NCBI GenBank assembly: GCA_002633005.1
Contig: NMRA01000142.1
Span: forward strand, 1-64,000
From: Phoronis australis
Lineage: Eukaryota; Animalia; Phoronida
DNA: 64,000 nt
Direction: 5' to 3'
Numbering within the stretch: the stretch's first letter is position 1; every line of letters starts with the position of its first letter. The position numbers and the translations under genes are program-made. This document shows, in pieces, positions 52,901-64,000 of this stretch. A model generated the notes under the pieces. The model had not been told where the DNA came from, did not search any database, and saw nothing but the letters and a program-made list of their open reading frames with translations.

Positions 52901-55900
52901 AACTAACGGTATATTGCAGGAATTTAGGTCTAAATTATTACAAAATTGACGATAAATAGGGAGAAATGTTTTATGGAAACTCGCTAGTTTGTTTCGTTAC
53001 AGGGTTTGGCTTGGGTCTTTGTTACACTCCAGTCATTTCTGTCGTTACACTCTACTTTGACAAGTACCAGATCATGGCGACAGCGTTGAGCAGTGTTGGG
53101 TCTGGAATTGGGACAATCTTGTTTGCACCTCTACTTCAGACACTCGCCGACTCTTTCGACTGGAGAGGAACCATGTTAATTCTCGGTGGAGTACAGCTGC
53201 ACTTGTGTCTCTGTGGTGCATTGATTCGACCCGTTCCTGATACAGTTTTAAATTCATTGGTATCAGTTGAAATGGACAATGAAGAAAGCACCGTCCGCAG
53301 ATCGAACCGTTTGTTTGAGTTCGAAGTTCTGAAGAACCCGAAAATTCTCATATTTATGTGCAACATTCTCTTCATAAACCTTGGTGAATTTATAGTGTAT
53401 TTACACCTGTCTGCTTACGCCATAGAGATGAGGACGTCGGTGATGGGTGCCGCCATGTTATTGGGTATAGTTGGCATTGCAAGTATTCTGAGTCGCATCC
53501 TACTTCCTGCCGCAGCAACAGACAAAAGAGCTGGAGTCCTGATGATATACGCATGCTCGCTAGGTGTCACTGGTATCATCGTTCTTTTATCCCCGGTGTT
53601 GATGCCGACTTTTGGAGGACAGGTGTTTGTGGCGTTCATGTTTGGCTTTTATGGTAATGGCTATGTGCCTCTGATGACGCCACTTGCCGTTGAATTCGTT
53701 GGTTTGGAGCTTTTGACGGCAGCGTGTGGTGTTGTAAACCTAACAAGTGGAATCGGCACATTACTGGGCCCTCCCCTTGCAGGTAGCCCAATGTTTTTAA
53801 TAATCGATAATTGCATGTAAAGAAGAGAACATAGTTGCAGGCGCGGTTCCAGGATCAGGGCCAGAAAGATGTCTGACTACAAACAAACGGAGTATTTCTT
53901 CATTACTTCAATGGAAAAGTGGCCGAGCAGGGGTCAGAACTCCATTAACACCCTTCTGGATCCGTGCCTGAGTTGAAACCACTTTAAAATTGCTCCAAAA
54001 ACATAATGGATAATTGTGCCTGTCAACTGAATTTTTTTTAGAAACAAGGTACAATATGTTCAACAATCACTTTGAAGCTTGTTTGTAGTGGTTGCTTGAA
54101 ATTTCATTTGGAAACATCAAATTCATCAATGTAAGAATGTCCGCTGAAAATCGCCTTCACTTTTCAGGATTTATTTTCGATTCTACTGGAAACTACCAAA
54201 ACGGCTTCTACTTAGCAGGTAGGATGGGCTTTAAGCTTCCCTGAATTTTATGTTTGCAGTCACACCTTTACAGAATTCGATTAGAAATTTTTTTTCAACA
54301 GTCATAAACTCATAGTATGGATTGAGTAGCTCTCTCTATTGACTACGCTCATTCTTCGACACAATAGTCAGCAATCGGCATTTTCCGTACGACATTACAT
54401 GTGTATATGTGTATGTATGTATGTATGTATGTATGTATGTATGTATGTATGTATGTATGTATGTATGTATGTATGTATATATATATATATTTCTCACATG
54501 ACCTGAAATGTGTTACGACACGACTGTTTAATAACACTGAGTACGTATTTTTTTGATATTACATGGACGAATCACAAAGTAGTGCAAAGAAGAAATCCAT
54601 ACGCCTTACATTTTATCGTCTGAAAAACATTAAAACAACCAAACGCGTGCCAAGGTTATGATCGACAAATTGGGTGTCGCAAATGTTCGTACTCTCTGTC
54701 GGAAGGACATGCAAACAACTTCTTAAACGGACCCATCTTCGGGGGCGAATTCCATATCCACGTTCATTTAGAGACGAGCCCCATCTCAAGAAACGCGGCA
54801 AGACTGTCTAGCTGTGCAGTCTCAAGGTCAATTCAGTGCTCATGCACGCGCGGAGAAGCCTTGCTGACTGCTGTTTATAAACACTTTTTAAGTTCAGTAT
54901 TACAACTTCAAAGACTATTTATTATATTCTAACTTGAATATTGCTACGAAAACTGAATGCAATTTACAATTGTTGAGCTTAAAATAAAACTATTTACAAA
55001 AAGTAACTGAATTATTTTACAGTGCGCAAGCGTGTTTTTACAAAAGTTGCGTCATGTGGTTGAAAGTTTTAGACACGTCGAGTTTTTCGGAAAAATCGTT
55101 TTTACGGTTCATGTGAGAAAACAAATTTTACACTCGTCGAAATTTCCAAGAGGTTTTGCTCATGTCATAAACCTGAGACTCGTATAGAGGATTCTGTATG
55201 TATAGATGTATGTATGTATGTATGTATGTACGTATGTATGTATGTATGTGCGTATGTATGTGCGTATGTGTGTATGTATGTATGTATGAAGGTATGAACG
55301 TATGTGTGTATGTATATGTATATCTATATGTACATGTAGGCCTATATCTATTATGAACATGTATGTCTTTATGTATACGTATGTGCATATTTATATGGAT
55401 ATACCATATGTAGTAATGCACAGGATAACGTCATACGGAAGTACACGAACTTCGTATCGAATGAGCATAATATTGACTGCTCATACCGCTAGTATAGTCA
55501 GGCGATTTGAATTTTTTTTAAAACTTTTTCGTGAAGTAATGCAGTACCCAATCCTGATTTGCTCCCAAAATCTTCTTGTTTGCATGTCACTAATTAACCA
55601 CTGTACCACTAGCGTCATCGGATTTGATTTCAAAAACATAAAATGTACCACACTACCAGAGGGAGATAATCAACAATTGGTTGTACTTCAAAATCACTTG
55701 CTCGGATTTCAATACCAAACGGCCGGTGATTAAAAGTGTTGTCCGAACTTCAGAACGCGATGGCCTCACCCAAAACAAAGCAATTGCCTGGACCCAAAAC
55801 ACGATGGTCGGTGCTATAACCAGTTGGCTGGAGATCAAACACGATGGCCGGCTTCCCCCAGCGACTCGCTTTGAATGTATCGAAGGATTCAAGTAACATC

Positions 55901-57423
55901 TAGTGTTTATTTTTAGCACCCATTTGTTTGTTTTGCTCAAAATAGGCGATTTGTTCGGCCATTGTGTTTGAGCACCGTCCAACTCGGTTCAGTTCCGGCC
56001 AACCCCGACGTTTTTTGGGTGCGACCACCTGGTTTTCAGGTACCGGCCAATCCATTTTGAGATCCGACCACCAAATTAAAACACCGGCCATTCGGTTTTG
56101 CAGTCCAGCCAATTAGTTTTGAACTCCGACCAGTTACACTAGGTGAATGCAAACCTGCATCAAAGCATGATACTTCCCACAACCCCGCCTTAGTGCGTGC
56201 ACACTGAGCATGCTCACAACGACTATAGAACTCTAGATAGAGTTCTATGCTCACACGCAGCTTGCGATTGCGTTGCTATTGCCAAAGATTTTTGTGATTG
56301 TTTTGTCTTCAACCAGTGGCGGATTTAGAGGGGGGCCAAGGGTGCCATGGTCCCCCTAAAATTCTCCCAGATTCCATTTGGCAGTTCGGGGGTGCGAAAG
56401 TCTGAACGGGCAAAATCTTAGCTAATACTCTGCCCTGCCCCAACCCAACTCAAAATCCTGGATCCGCCCCTGTCAACGACTGTTGAATGGCCACAAAATA
56501 TGACATCGTTTCCACACTATAATCGATTGTTTACTGTCCATTCCGAACATCCGGAAGTTTTTTTTTAATTCTGCCCACAGTGTTTGAGTAAACAACAGGT
56601 AGCTGGGTGACCAAACGAGTGATCGGAGTATGATCGAAAGACCAAGCGTAGCGTGCTTCTACATATAACTTAGTAGATGCAATAGTATAATAAAACAATT
56701 ATTGATTTTCACACTCTGGCAGTATGTTGGTTTTCAAGCCCAAAAACATGATAATGACCTCGACTACGCCTCGAGTGACTTTAGTGAAAGTCAATAGTTG
56801 TATAATATACATATACAGACAGATTACGTTTACGTTTCTATATGAACACTATGGTGGTGACTGCAACGACGTTAACGACGACGATGCTATGATGATCGTC
56901 ATCTTATCCTCGCCATAATTTTTACTATTGCTATTATTATCATTGTTAGTTTGTTAGTTGTATTAATATTTCAAATTTGACTAATCTGGTTTGAACCATT
57001 TTAGGTATCATGCTCGTACTCAGTTGCCTCATTATGTTATCAGTGCCCGTGATTTCTTCTGGAAACTGCAGCCGGACTAAGAGTGTGGGGATTACAGAAA
57101 TTACTGAAGAAAATGTTGGAGCAGGAGACGAAGCGGCAGTGCCATTCAAGGAATCCATATATCATACTAAGTCGGAAAAACACATGATGTTTGCCTCGAC
57201 AAACAACATCTACGCGTCTGCACTCATTATGAAGTATGTATTGTCCAAGAGAAGTTTAAACAGAAGCAGTGATGACGTTATCGTAAAAAGAAAACAATCC
57301 AGAACAAGAACCACAAGTGTTTGCAGCACGCAAAGTCACGTTATTAGTAAGGCCCACCATATGTCCTCGGAACTGGCATCAAGCAGAGACCGTGCGCAAA
57401 CGATGTGCAAGCTGAGTGTTTGA
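46960..57423 (+). CDS. SLC16: SLC16 (monocarboxylate transporter family, MFS) gene, 6 coding exons, 538 aa
   Basis: join(46960-46977,51593-51797,52577-52720,53003-53782,54168-54218,57005-57423) = 1617 nt, all GT-AG with consistent phases. SLC16 motifs DHGWAWVV, YFDKY..MATAL..GSG.GT, WRG..LILGG..LHLC..GALIRP, LLGPPLAG. Confidence 0.9.
48562..48690. repeat. 64-bp tandem duplication
   Basis: TCAGTGGGCCAAATTCAGGTGAGATG...GAATAGACAAA twice, period 64. Confidence 0.9.
48889..49589. mobile_element. Harbinger-like non-autonomous element with TTAAGAC subterminal motifs
   Basis: Diverged inverted termini (TGGTCCCGTGTCATTAAC vs reverse complement TGGGTCAAGTTTCAGGAAA) and repeated TTAAGACC / GGTCTTAA motifs. 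Confidence 0.45.
50020..50180 (-). mobile_element. RecQ-like helicase N-terminal remnant (AcademH-like)
   Basis: WLKPKQVQNIKAFASGGDVIGILPT matches RecQ motif 0 and the lead-in to Walker A; truncated before GxGKS. Confidence 0.45.
50364..50748. mobile_element. Foldback element built from ~21-bp subrepeats
   Basis: Left arm of AATCATACGCACGAAC-like units is inverted to a right arm of GTTCGTATGCATGATT-like units. Confidence 0.8.
51593..51797 (+). CDS. SLC16 exon (TM1-TM2)
   Basis: TTTAG acceptor, DHGWAWVVLFSG...TAWIG, G|GTAAGC donor. In-frame ATG at 51596. Confidence 0.9.
52577..52720 (+). CDS. SLC16 exon (TM3-TM4)
   Basis: AAG acceptor, GPVSSMFVNKIGFR...LGVLGG, G|GTAAGA donor. Confidence 0.9.
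53003..53782 (+). CDS. SLC16 large exon (TM4-TM11)
   Basis: CAG acceptor, GFGLGLCYTP...LLGPPLAG, G|GTAGCC donor. Confidence 0.92.
53838..53970. mobile_element. CAGGC-TIR MITE, 5-bp TSD (intronic); degenerate relative at ~50961-51050
   Basis: CAGGCGCGGTTCCAGGA ... TCTGGATCCGTGCCTG. TSD AGTTG. Confidence 0.75.
54168..54218 (+). CDS. SLC16 51-nt exon (GFIFDSTGNYQNGFYLAG)
   Basis: TTTTCAG acceptor, G|GTAGGA donor, conserved xxDxTGxY motif. Not in the ORF track. Confidence 0.88.
54400..54490. repeat. (TATG)n/(TA)n microsatellite
   Basis: Direct reading. Confidence 0.95.
55195..55335. repeat. Imperfect (TATG)n microsatellite
   Basis: Direct reading. Confidence 0.9.
55672..56136. mobile_element. 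Degenerate foldback element with ~21-bp subrepeats (intronic)
   Basis: Left TGG(C/T)CGG..CAAAAC units are inverted to right GTTTTG..CCG(G/A)CCA units. Confidence 0.6.
56314..56472 (-). mobile_element. MITE (family of 16-287), 5-bp TSD
   Basis: CAGTGGCGGATTTAG ... CTGGATCCGCCCCTG. TSD TCAAC. Confidence 0.8.
57005..57423 (+). CDS. SLC16 last coding exon (TM12 and long cytoplasmic tail)
   Basis: TTTTAG acceptor in phase 1, GIMLVLSCLIMLSVPVI hydrophobic helix, open to TGA at 57423. Confidence 0.82.
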
Positions 57424-60400
57424 TCGTGCTGGAACAGGAAGGAGTGTGCTGTTTCTTCGCAGCGCCTTCTGGTGACCACAGTGGTTAAACCAAGGCAATA
57501 TGGATAATATAAGCCGTGTATGTGAATTATGATATACACCCATGAATGCTTGGCCTCGTGTCTCAGTGGTACAGGGAAGACAAAACAGGGTAAAACTTTG
57601 GAGACCTGTAGCATTTTCATACAGGCTCTTGCTGAACGATTACACTGCCACTTTATTAGATAACATGGACGGAACCATTCCCATGAGAAGGCATTATAGT
57701 GTTAAAGCATACCGCATTTGATAAGAATGAGCGTTAAACTTTGCCACCATACAAAATTGCACACATGCGATTACTTCGTAGGGCCTGCAATCGATCATTT
57801 TATGCCACAGTCACATTTCGCTTTAAGCTCCAAGTTGTCATACATGACAGTTGTGAATGACAAATTGCATCGTGTACTCTCAGGTGCTACGACACGCATT
57901 GCTGGTATCTTGTATCGCCTACGTGTTTGTCGTTTGAGGTAAAGGACTCAATTTATTCTTCTGTTAGATATTATACGACTCGCCAGACATTTTGCTATTC
58001 ACTACGGTCTTTTCTCTATTAATTCGCACACTAGTGTACGAAATATTTTTCCCGGCTTTAGAGCTTCGTGTACCAATTAATAGAGACAAGATTGGCCGTA
58101 CATATTCTTTTCAACATGTGACCGGGTGGAATCGTGTCACTGGGTCCCATGAATGAACGATGCTATGCACTATGTGCTGAATAATGACTGCTACCAGTCA
58201 ACAATACCACATAACCGAAGGAACGTCAAGTCTCAGTTCTTTTTTAAAAAACATTCTGGAACGCCTACACCGCTGAAAGCACAGCATCTCTATGCATAAT
58301 CATAGGCATAGAGAGATTTTTGTAGCCGCGAGTGACAAAGCACGCTGTGAACGCCGCACCCCCTGGTCCGGCGCCACTATTTTGCAAACCTCTAGTTGCC
58401 AGCGATTTCCGCTCCGTTCTTCCCCGCGGTCACCACCAGCCAGTTTCATCCTGGTCCTCCCAATCGTCACCAGGAGTGCGTTTCAATAGGCTCAATAAAC
58501 TCACAAAAAAGCAAGACCACGCAAAATCACGCTATTAAAGGCGACTATTTCGCGAGTACTGTCGGAATCTTGTGCCCTAGTAAAATGGCCACACCACAGA
58601 AGTTATTGTTTCGTGAGGTTGGATTCTGAAATGTGGGATCGAGCTCTTTACCTCCGTTCCAGAAACGACAATTTCTCGCCTCGAGTGTCTTGCGTCTACA
58701 GCACGCAGCCCGGATTAACCTCGCTCACAGATCGGGACTTCACACGTTTGCCCCCTATCGCGACGGTGGTCGCCGATTTCACAGACTGCAAAGCGATTCG
58801 ACATTATATCTTGTCTCTGGCAACTAGCTTAATGGATGAGTAGGGAACGCACATCATTTTACGAAAATTTACGGCTCAGTTCCAAAAAAGTGAACAACTT
58901 TTGCCTAACTGCAAAGTTGTGCGGTACTCTACATAGGAAGGTTAATAATAGGGCTAGGTTTTTAAAGCTAAGGAAGTTTTGTATTCATTTCAAAATCTAC
59001 AACACGTTACGTGATCCACAGAACAATAGATAGCGCTCTACACTGACATTAAACTCGCTGCAAATGCGATCGATAAACCGTGTCTGCGTATTTTAACGAG
59101 CTTCACTGCTTTCCTCGTCACCGTGCTTGATATGAACTTTGAAAAAATCAGCAGTCACACAGATTTGCAGGAAGATGGCAACCGAAGTGGAGGATCCAGG
59201 TTTGTGCAGTTTTCTCGAGTGCGTATTGAAATAGTGCTCCTTACAGCAATGTCATTGTTGGTAGACAATTATGTAGACGATATTGCAGCAGTAATGCACG
59301 CTCTAGTGTCGTGGTGAAGCAGTTAACTACATGTTCTGTTTAAAACGACTTGTACAGTCAATTATGCATGAAAGTGCTTCCGTTGTGGGAGATATTAACG
59401 GATTGTACTGTTTGGGCAAACACCATGGCTCATGTGCATGTTATTACAGTTGACGGGGACCTGTATTATCCCTCGGACCATTTAAGATTTTTCCTGAACT
59501 GTTCATCAAAACGTCCGAGAATTTTTTGTGTAACGCTGCTGCACTGCTGTTCAGTACACTAAAAACGCCGACAATAAGAGGTTCTTCCGTTAGCGATACT
59601 TATTTGTAGTTATTAATTTCCTGTCACAAAGTTGACGTGATCAGTTAGGTTTACAATTAAGCAAGATTTCTCAACGTAGAACTGCAGTAGGCTATATAGG
59701 CTTCTGTTTTGAAAGGGGCTATTTTCTGATAGATAAGCTTGACACTGGAGCAAGTAAGCCGCAGCCTGTGCACAAGTGTGCAACCATCAGCGGAAACGCG
59801 AGAACATCGACAACCAGTTTGCCAGTAATCTCATGACTGCACATAATGCATGTTCTGGCCTAGGTGAGATTAAATGATGGTCGTGAGTGTGTGAAAGATT
59901 ATAACTGCATTACCAGTTTCAATTACCGATATGAAAGTCCTCGATCAACTGTGTAATAACGGTGGTTTGATCTATGATGTCGTGTTTCCATGGCGATGTT
60001 CTATTTGTTTTCCAATTTGTTGGCAATTTAAATTGGCACCTGTCACGGTGAGCTATCTCTAATTGCTAAGATGAACACCAATCATGTTTTTGCTTTAATC
60101 TCAGCTTATGCTGAAAATAAAGAGTGTGGCATAGATGTTCGTGCTAAGAGACATAAAAATATACAGGAAGTGCAATGTAAATTTAAAGCAGCTGTTTTTG
60201 CCTATTATGTCTAGATAAAAAACGAAAATCGAAAGCCTTTTGCTCTCAAAAACACCGTTTGATAATAATCCTTACCGTGACAGGAATCTCAGCTAAACAG
60301 GGCGAAACTCATTATTAAGCAAATGTTTCTTTGTTGTTTCTTTAATTCTGCAACTATGCTTAGAAAAGTCTGGTGGAGAAAACGAGAATAATTAGAGCCG

Positions 60401-61768
60401 GCATAACATGCTATTAAGTATGCCGTTAGGGAGAGCTGACTATGCAGTGGTAGAGCTGCATACACACAACATCGCAACCACTAGGTGGAGCTCCAACTGA
60501 TACCCGCTTGATGTCAGACCCCCTAACAGCTCGCTGGATCCCTGCGTGCTTAGCCCAGCCAGCACGCAGGTATCACACAGTGACACGCGCTTCAGCATTG
60601 GTCGATGTAACCTCGGCAGTCATTGGTTACCTTTACAACACCGGGTGAAAAAATGGCGGACTGTGAACGATTTTTAGCCTTGTCATGCAACTATTTCGTT
60701 TCTGCAGTGATGTTTAATAGCTGCGTGATCATCAGCACATATTACGGGTACAATAAACACATATCTGACCGATTTAACCGGTGTGTTATTCATGCTGAGT
60801 GAATACATGACACTATCGTAAACAAAAGTCATCGACAGTAGAAAGATGCATTCTGAACAGGCGCAATCACTATTTCTTGGCTTCACATATCCTGGAACAT
60901 AAATTTTAAGCACCGATTTATCTGTACAACAGACCACATTTACACTTCAGTCCATCAATCATGCCAGTTTGTTTGCGTAAAGCGCTGCCTGTTGAGAATG
61001 CGACTAGCCAATCAGAAACGCTGTTGTAAAAAAAATTACCGAGAAAATTAAGTGACACCTGCGTGCTGGCGCGGCTACCGCCCCACCAAGCGGCACGCAG
61101 GGAACCAGCGAGCCCCTAACAGAAGGTAAAAAACATGTCGTCGAATCTGCGACATTTCGTAAGTTCACATATAGAATGAAGTAGTCCGTCGTGGGCGGCA
61201 ATTCACATTTCAAAGTTTAATTCCATAAAGATGCAAAATATTGTACGATTGCAGTTGAAGCATCAAATCAACACAAGTAATGTTTGGTTTCTGTAAGTAC
61301 GCTATTTTATAACCTGTGCGACTATTGGAACCTCATCGATATCATTTTGCACAAAAGAGTTCGACGAAATTCAATTCTAAACACCATTTAAATGAATAAA
61401 TGAGCACATTGATAACATATGAAAGTAATTAAGACTTTCTAAAGTCCCTTCCACACACGGCCTACCCTAAAACAACTTGCACTGATGCAACTTTTTAGTG
61501 AAGCGTCCACGCACCTATATACGATAATTATAGTAGGGCGGAAGTTGTCGCAAAAAAGACCCGTCTGTAAGTAACTACAGCTGGTAATTACTTCCGCCTT
61601 GCCTCAGGTTTGTGATCCCACAAGAATTGGAAGTGGCGCAATTTATCCCTGAAAAAGTTACCCTTCCTCGATAACGTGGAGTAACGTGGGGGTAAGTTAC
61701 GTCCACACAGCCTCCAAACCCAGCGACGACTCGAGTCGTTTAAGGACTGAGTAACTTGTTCTAGGGAT

Positions 61769-61770
<2 letters not shown>

Positions 61771-61801
<31 letters not shown>
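61771..61801. repeat. (GT)n microsatellite
   Basis: Direct reading. Confidence 0.95.
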
Positions 61802-61802
<1 letters not shown>

Positions 61803-63249
61803 ACGACTCCTAGTGAGAACATGTTTTTGTTTCATTCTCGAGGGTTTTAGTAAAGCAGCTCCTTATTTGCTAATCATGAAACGTAATTTTATTTCACTTG
61901 CCAATACACGGGCTGTGGGTGAGTGGAGATTCCTTAGGAAGCCCCCGTCAAATGGATATTGTCTAATGAATACTGCTGGACCCATCAATCGTATGGCTTT
62001 TGCTCAGTAACGTTTGCGCAATAACAATTAAACACGACCAAAGTTGTAACATAACGTTGAACGCGTGAGAGAAGCAACACAGCTCGGCGATATCATAGCG
62101 CAATAAATATCACAGGGGAGATAATGTCTATTGCAAGACAATTACGTTACGCGCCGATGAACTGAGACCCAGCTGCATGACATCGCGGTATGAGGGTTAA
62201 TCTCCCGCAGTCTGTTGATAACTGTTTACACTTGCGAGCCGGTCCGACGGGATTATATACTCGGGGATTGAACTGAGTTGAGCTGTCCCAAACATGCAAA
62301 ATGAACTCAAGGTTTAAATTATTTTCCTATTGCACGAACCTCTCCGTCTTCATTACTAAAATTATCAATTGTCAGTAATCATCTGTCGTATCAAATATGT
62401 ATGCTAGTTGTTTGATACTTGACACTGCCAGGTTTTCCATTCAAGTAGTAAAAGAGGCGTATGACGCCCGGAAGAACCATACCTCATCAGCACGCTAAAT
62501 GTCGCAAGTGTAAAAAGTGAGTATTGAAAGATTGGGACGCGTTTGCTAACCTCCCACCGATGGCTCGAACTCCACGCAACTTATGTTCTACGATGATGTG
62601 ATAATTCTCAGTTTTAGGACAAGGACCTGGAATTCTATGGTTGTAGGCTAAGAGAGTTAATGTGTTGTCTATGATGAGCATTAGTTATGTGCCCATAGGC
62701 GGAGCTCCCAATGCAAAGTCATGTATACTCCCATGTCATTGAAACACATGAGCATTGCGCAACTGTTTTGTTATCAATGTCGAATTCTAAACCAAAGAGT
62801 TTTGTGGCGTAGAAACTTTACGATACTCACCCGGTCCTGAATTGATGCCGAATGAGCTGGGAATTCGAGTCGCAATCAACTTACGTACATGCGCCATTTT
62901 GGAATTCATAATTAGAGGATGAGAACCGTTTTTCTTGATTGGCCCTGATGGTTTTGTTCTCCTCAATGGTAACGGACATGAAGTACTATTACAGGATTGT
63001 CCTGAGGCTGATATTATGAACTCAAGTGATCATTCTTTTTTCGTTGACATGCGCAGTCACGCACGAGATGCAGTGCTAAATCTCCATACAGAGAGAATGC
63101 ATATGACAATAGCAATGCATATTATGGATAGGGTGTTAGTTTTGTCTAACCATCAATGTACTGTATTACGGTGAATGAATATTGCTTATTAGCGTAGGTC
63201 AGTTAGAACTTGGTCGTTTCCTGCGTTTTGAAGAGATTCTCCACATTAA

Positions 63250-63767
63250 AGAGGCATGGAACACGAAAGCTCATCAAAAATATATTTTTAACAATTCCTG
63301 ACAAAAGTATCATCTCGAAACGTCTAGTAAAGAGTAATTCACTTTAACCTGTGAGGAAATTTCCAGAAAAAATCACAAAGTTCACGATTACTGAAGTATG
63401 CGAGAAGGAAAAACTCTGTAGTTACCACAGAATTTCTAATCTGCCTCCCACTTATGATAAATGCACGCATGCGCTCACATGAAGTCACTTGATGTTAAAG
63501 GTCACATTTTCCATACGTCTATGTCTTGCTATACCAAGTAATGAGACATGCTTTGCATTGTGGGAGAAAATCGACGAAGTGGCGAACAGTTGACAGGTCG
63601 CTTTTTTGAAATTTGAAACTAAGAGAAAGTGCTTTGCTACCAACAGAAATTAAAAATCTTATCAAACAAACCCTGAACATACCTAGTGACAGATTGAATT
63701 CTTTTTAAGGGGCTGAGAACAACTTTCAATATTGCAATTTAGTCGGATTATCGCGTTCCAGGCCTCT
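63250..63767. mobile_element. Kolobok-type non-autonomous element
   Basis: TIR AGAGGCATGGAACACGA / TCGCGTTCCAGGCCTCT flanked by TTAA on both sides. AG termini plus TTAA fit Kolobok rather than piggyBac. Confidence 0.7.
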
Positions 63768-64000
63768 TTAAGCATTGCTTTAATACGTATGATATTTCCA
63801 ATTTGCCGTAAGCTCAAAGCCGGGGGAATCCGAAGTGAGGTGGCTTCCCGAGAAGTGGTGATACTGACAGCGGTTGCACGGGGTTGAAAGTTACGGCAAC
63901 GAGGGGGAAGGGGCGAGACGGGAAGAGGTGACAAGGGGGGGGAACTGGCATGAATAAACCGGGCAGAGATACTACACTGAAATAATAACATACCAAAACA

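Noticed and set aside
52966-53820. 284-aa ORF as a stand-alone gene
   Set aside because: It is one exon (53003-53782) of the spliced SLC16 gene; both ends read into introns.
54349-55733. His/Thr/Tyr/Ile-repeat ORFs and a 143-aa ORF
   Set aside because: Translations of (TATG)n microsatellites and adjacent DNA inside an SLC16 intron.
60683-63174. Possible minus-strand exons (donors near 62885 and 62830; ORFs at 60683-60937 and 62487-62681)
   Set aside because: I could not build a consistent spliced frame or recognise any domain.

Overview
AT-rich, intron-containing animal genomic DNA, probably a marine invertebrate draft assembly (two N-gaps plus single-N joins). I find two apparently intact genes. 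One is a single-coding-exon MS4A/CD20-like four-TM protein (15572-16018 +). The other is a spliced SLC16 monocarboxylate-transporter-family gene on +, with exons 51593-51797, 52577-52720, 53003-53782, 54168-54218 and 57005-57423, plus a likely 18-nt first coding exon at 46960-46977 (538 aa in total). Most of the remainder is transposon material: two copies of a non-autonomous P-like element with 7-bp TSDs, an internally deleted ISL2EU/PHIS-type element (THAP and SWIM remnants), a 3-kb element bounded by two copies of that family's right end, MITEs with 5-bp, 8-bp, CWG and TTAA TSDs, L1/Tx1, CR1, BEL/Pao, DIRS and Academ-like remnants, tRNA-derived SINEs and microsatellites. Two tandem duplications joined by single Ns look like uncollapsed haplotypes. 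The left third appears to hold a decayed minus-strand multi-exon gene whose last exon is split by a P-like insertion. I see no prokaryote-style system and no CRISPR array. The best novelty candidates are the cargo-carrying P-like elements, the split exon/pseudogene, and a promoter plus first-exon block present in only one copy of a duplication. All family assignments are by eye from motifs, TIRs and TSDs; no searches were run.
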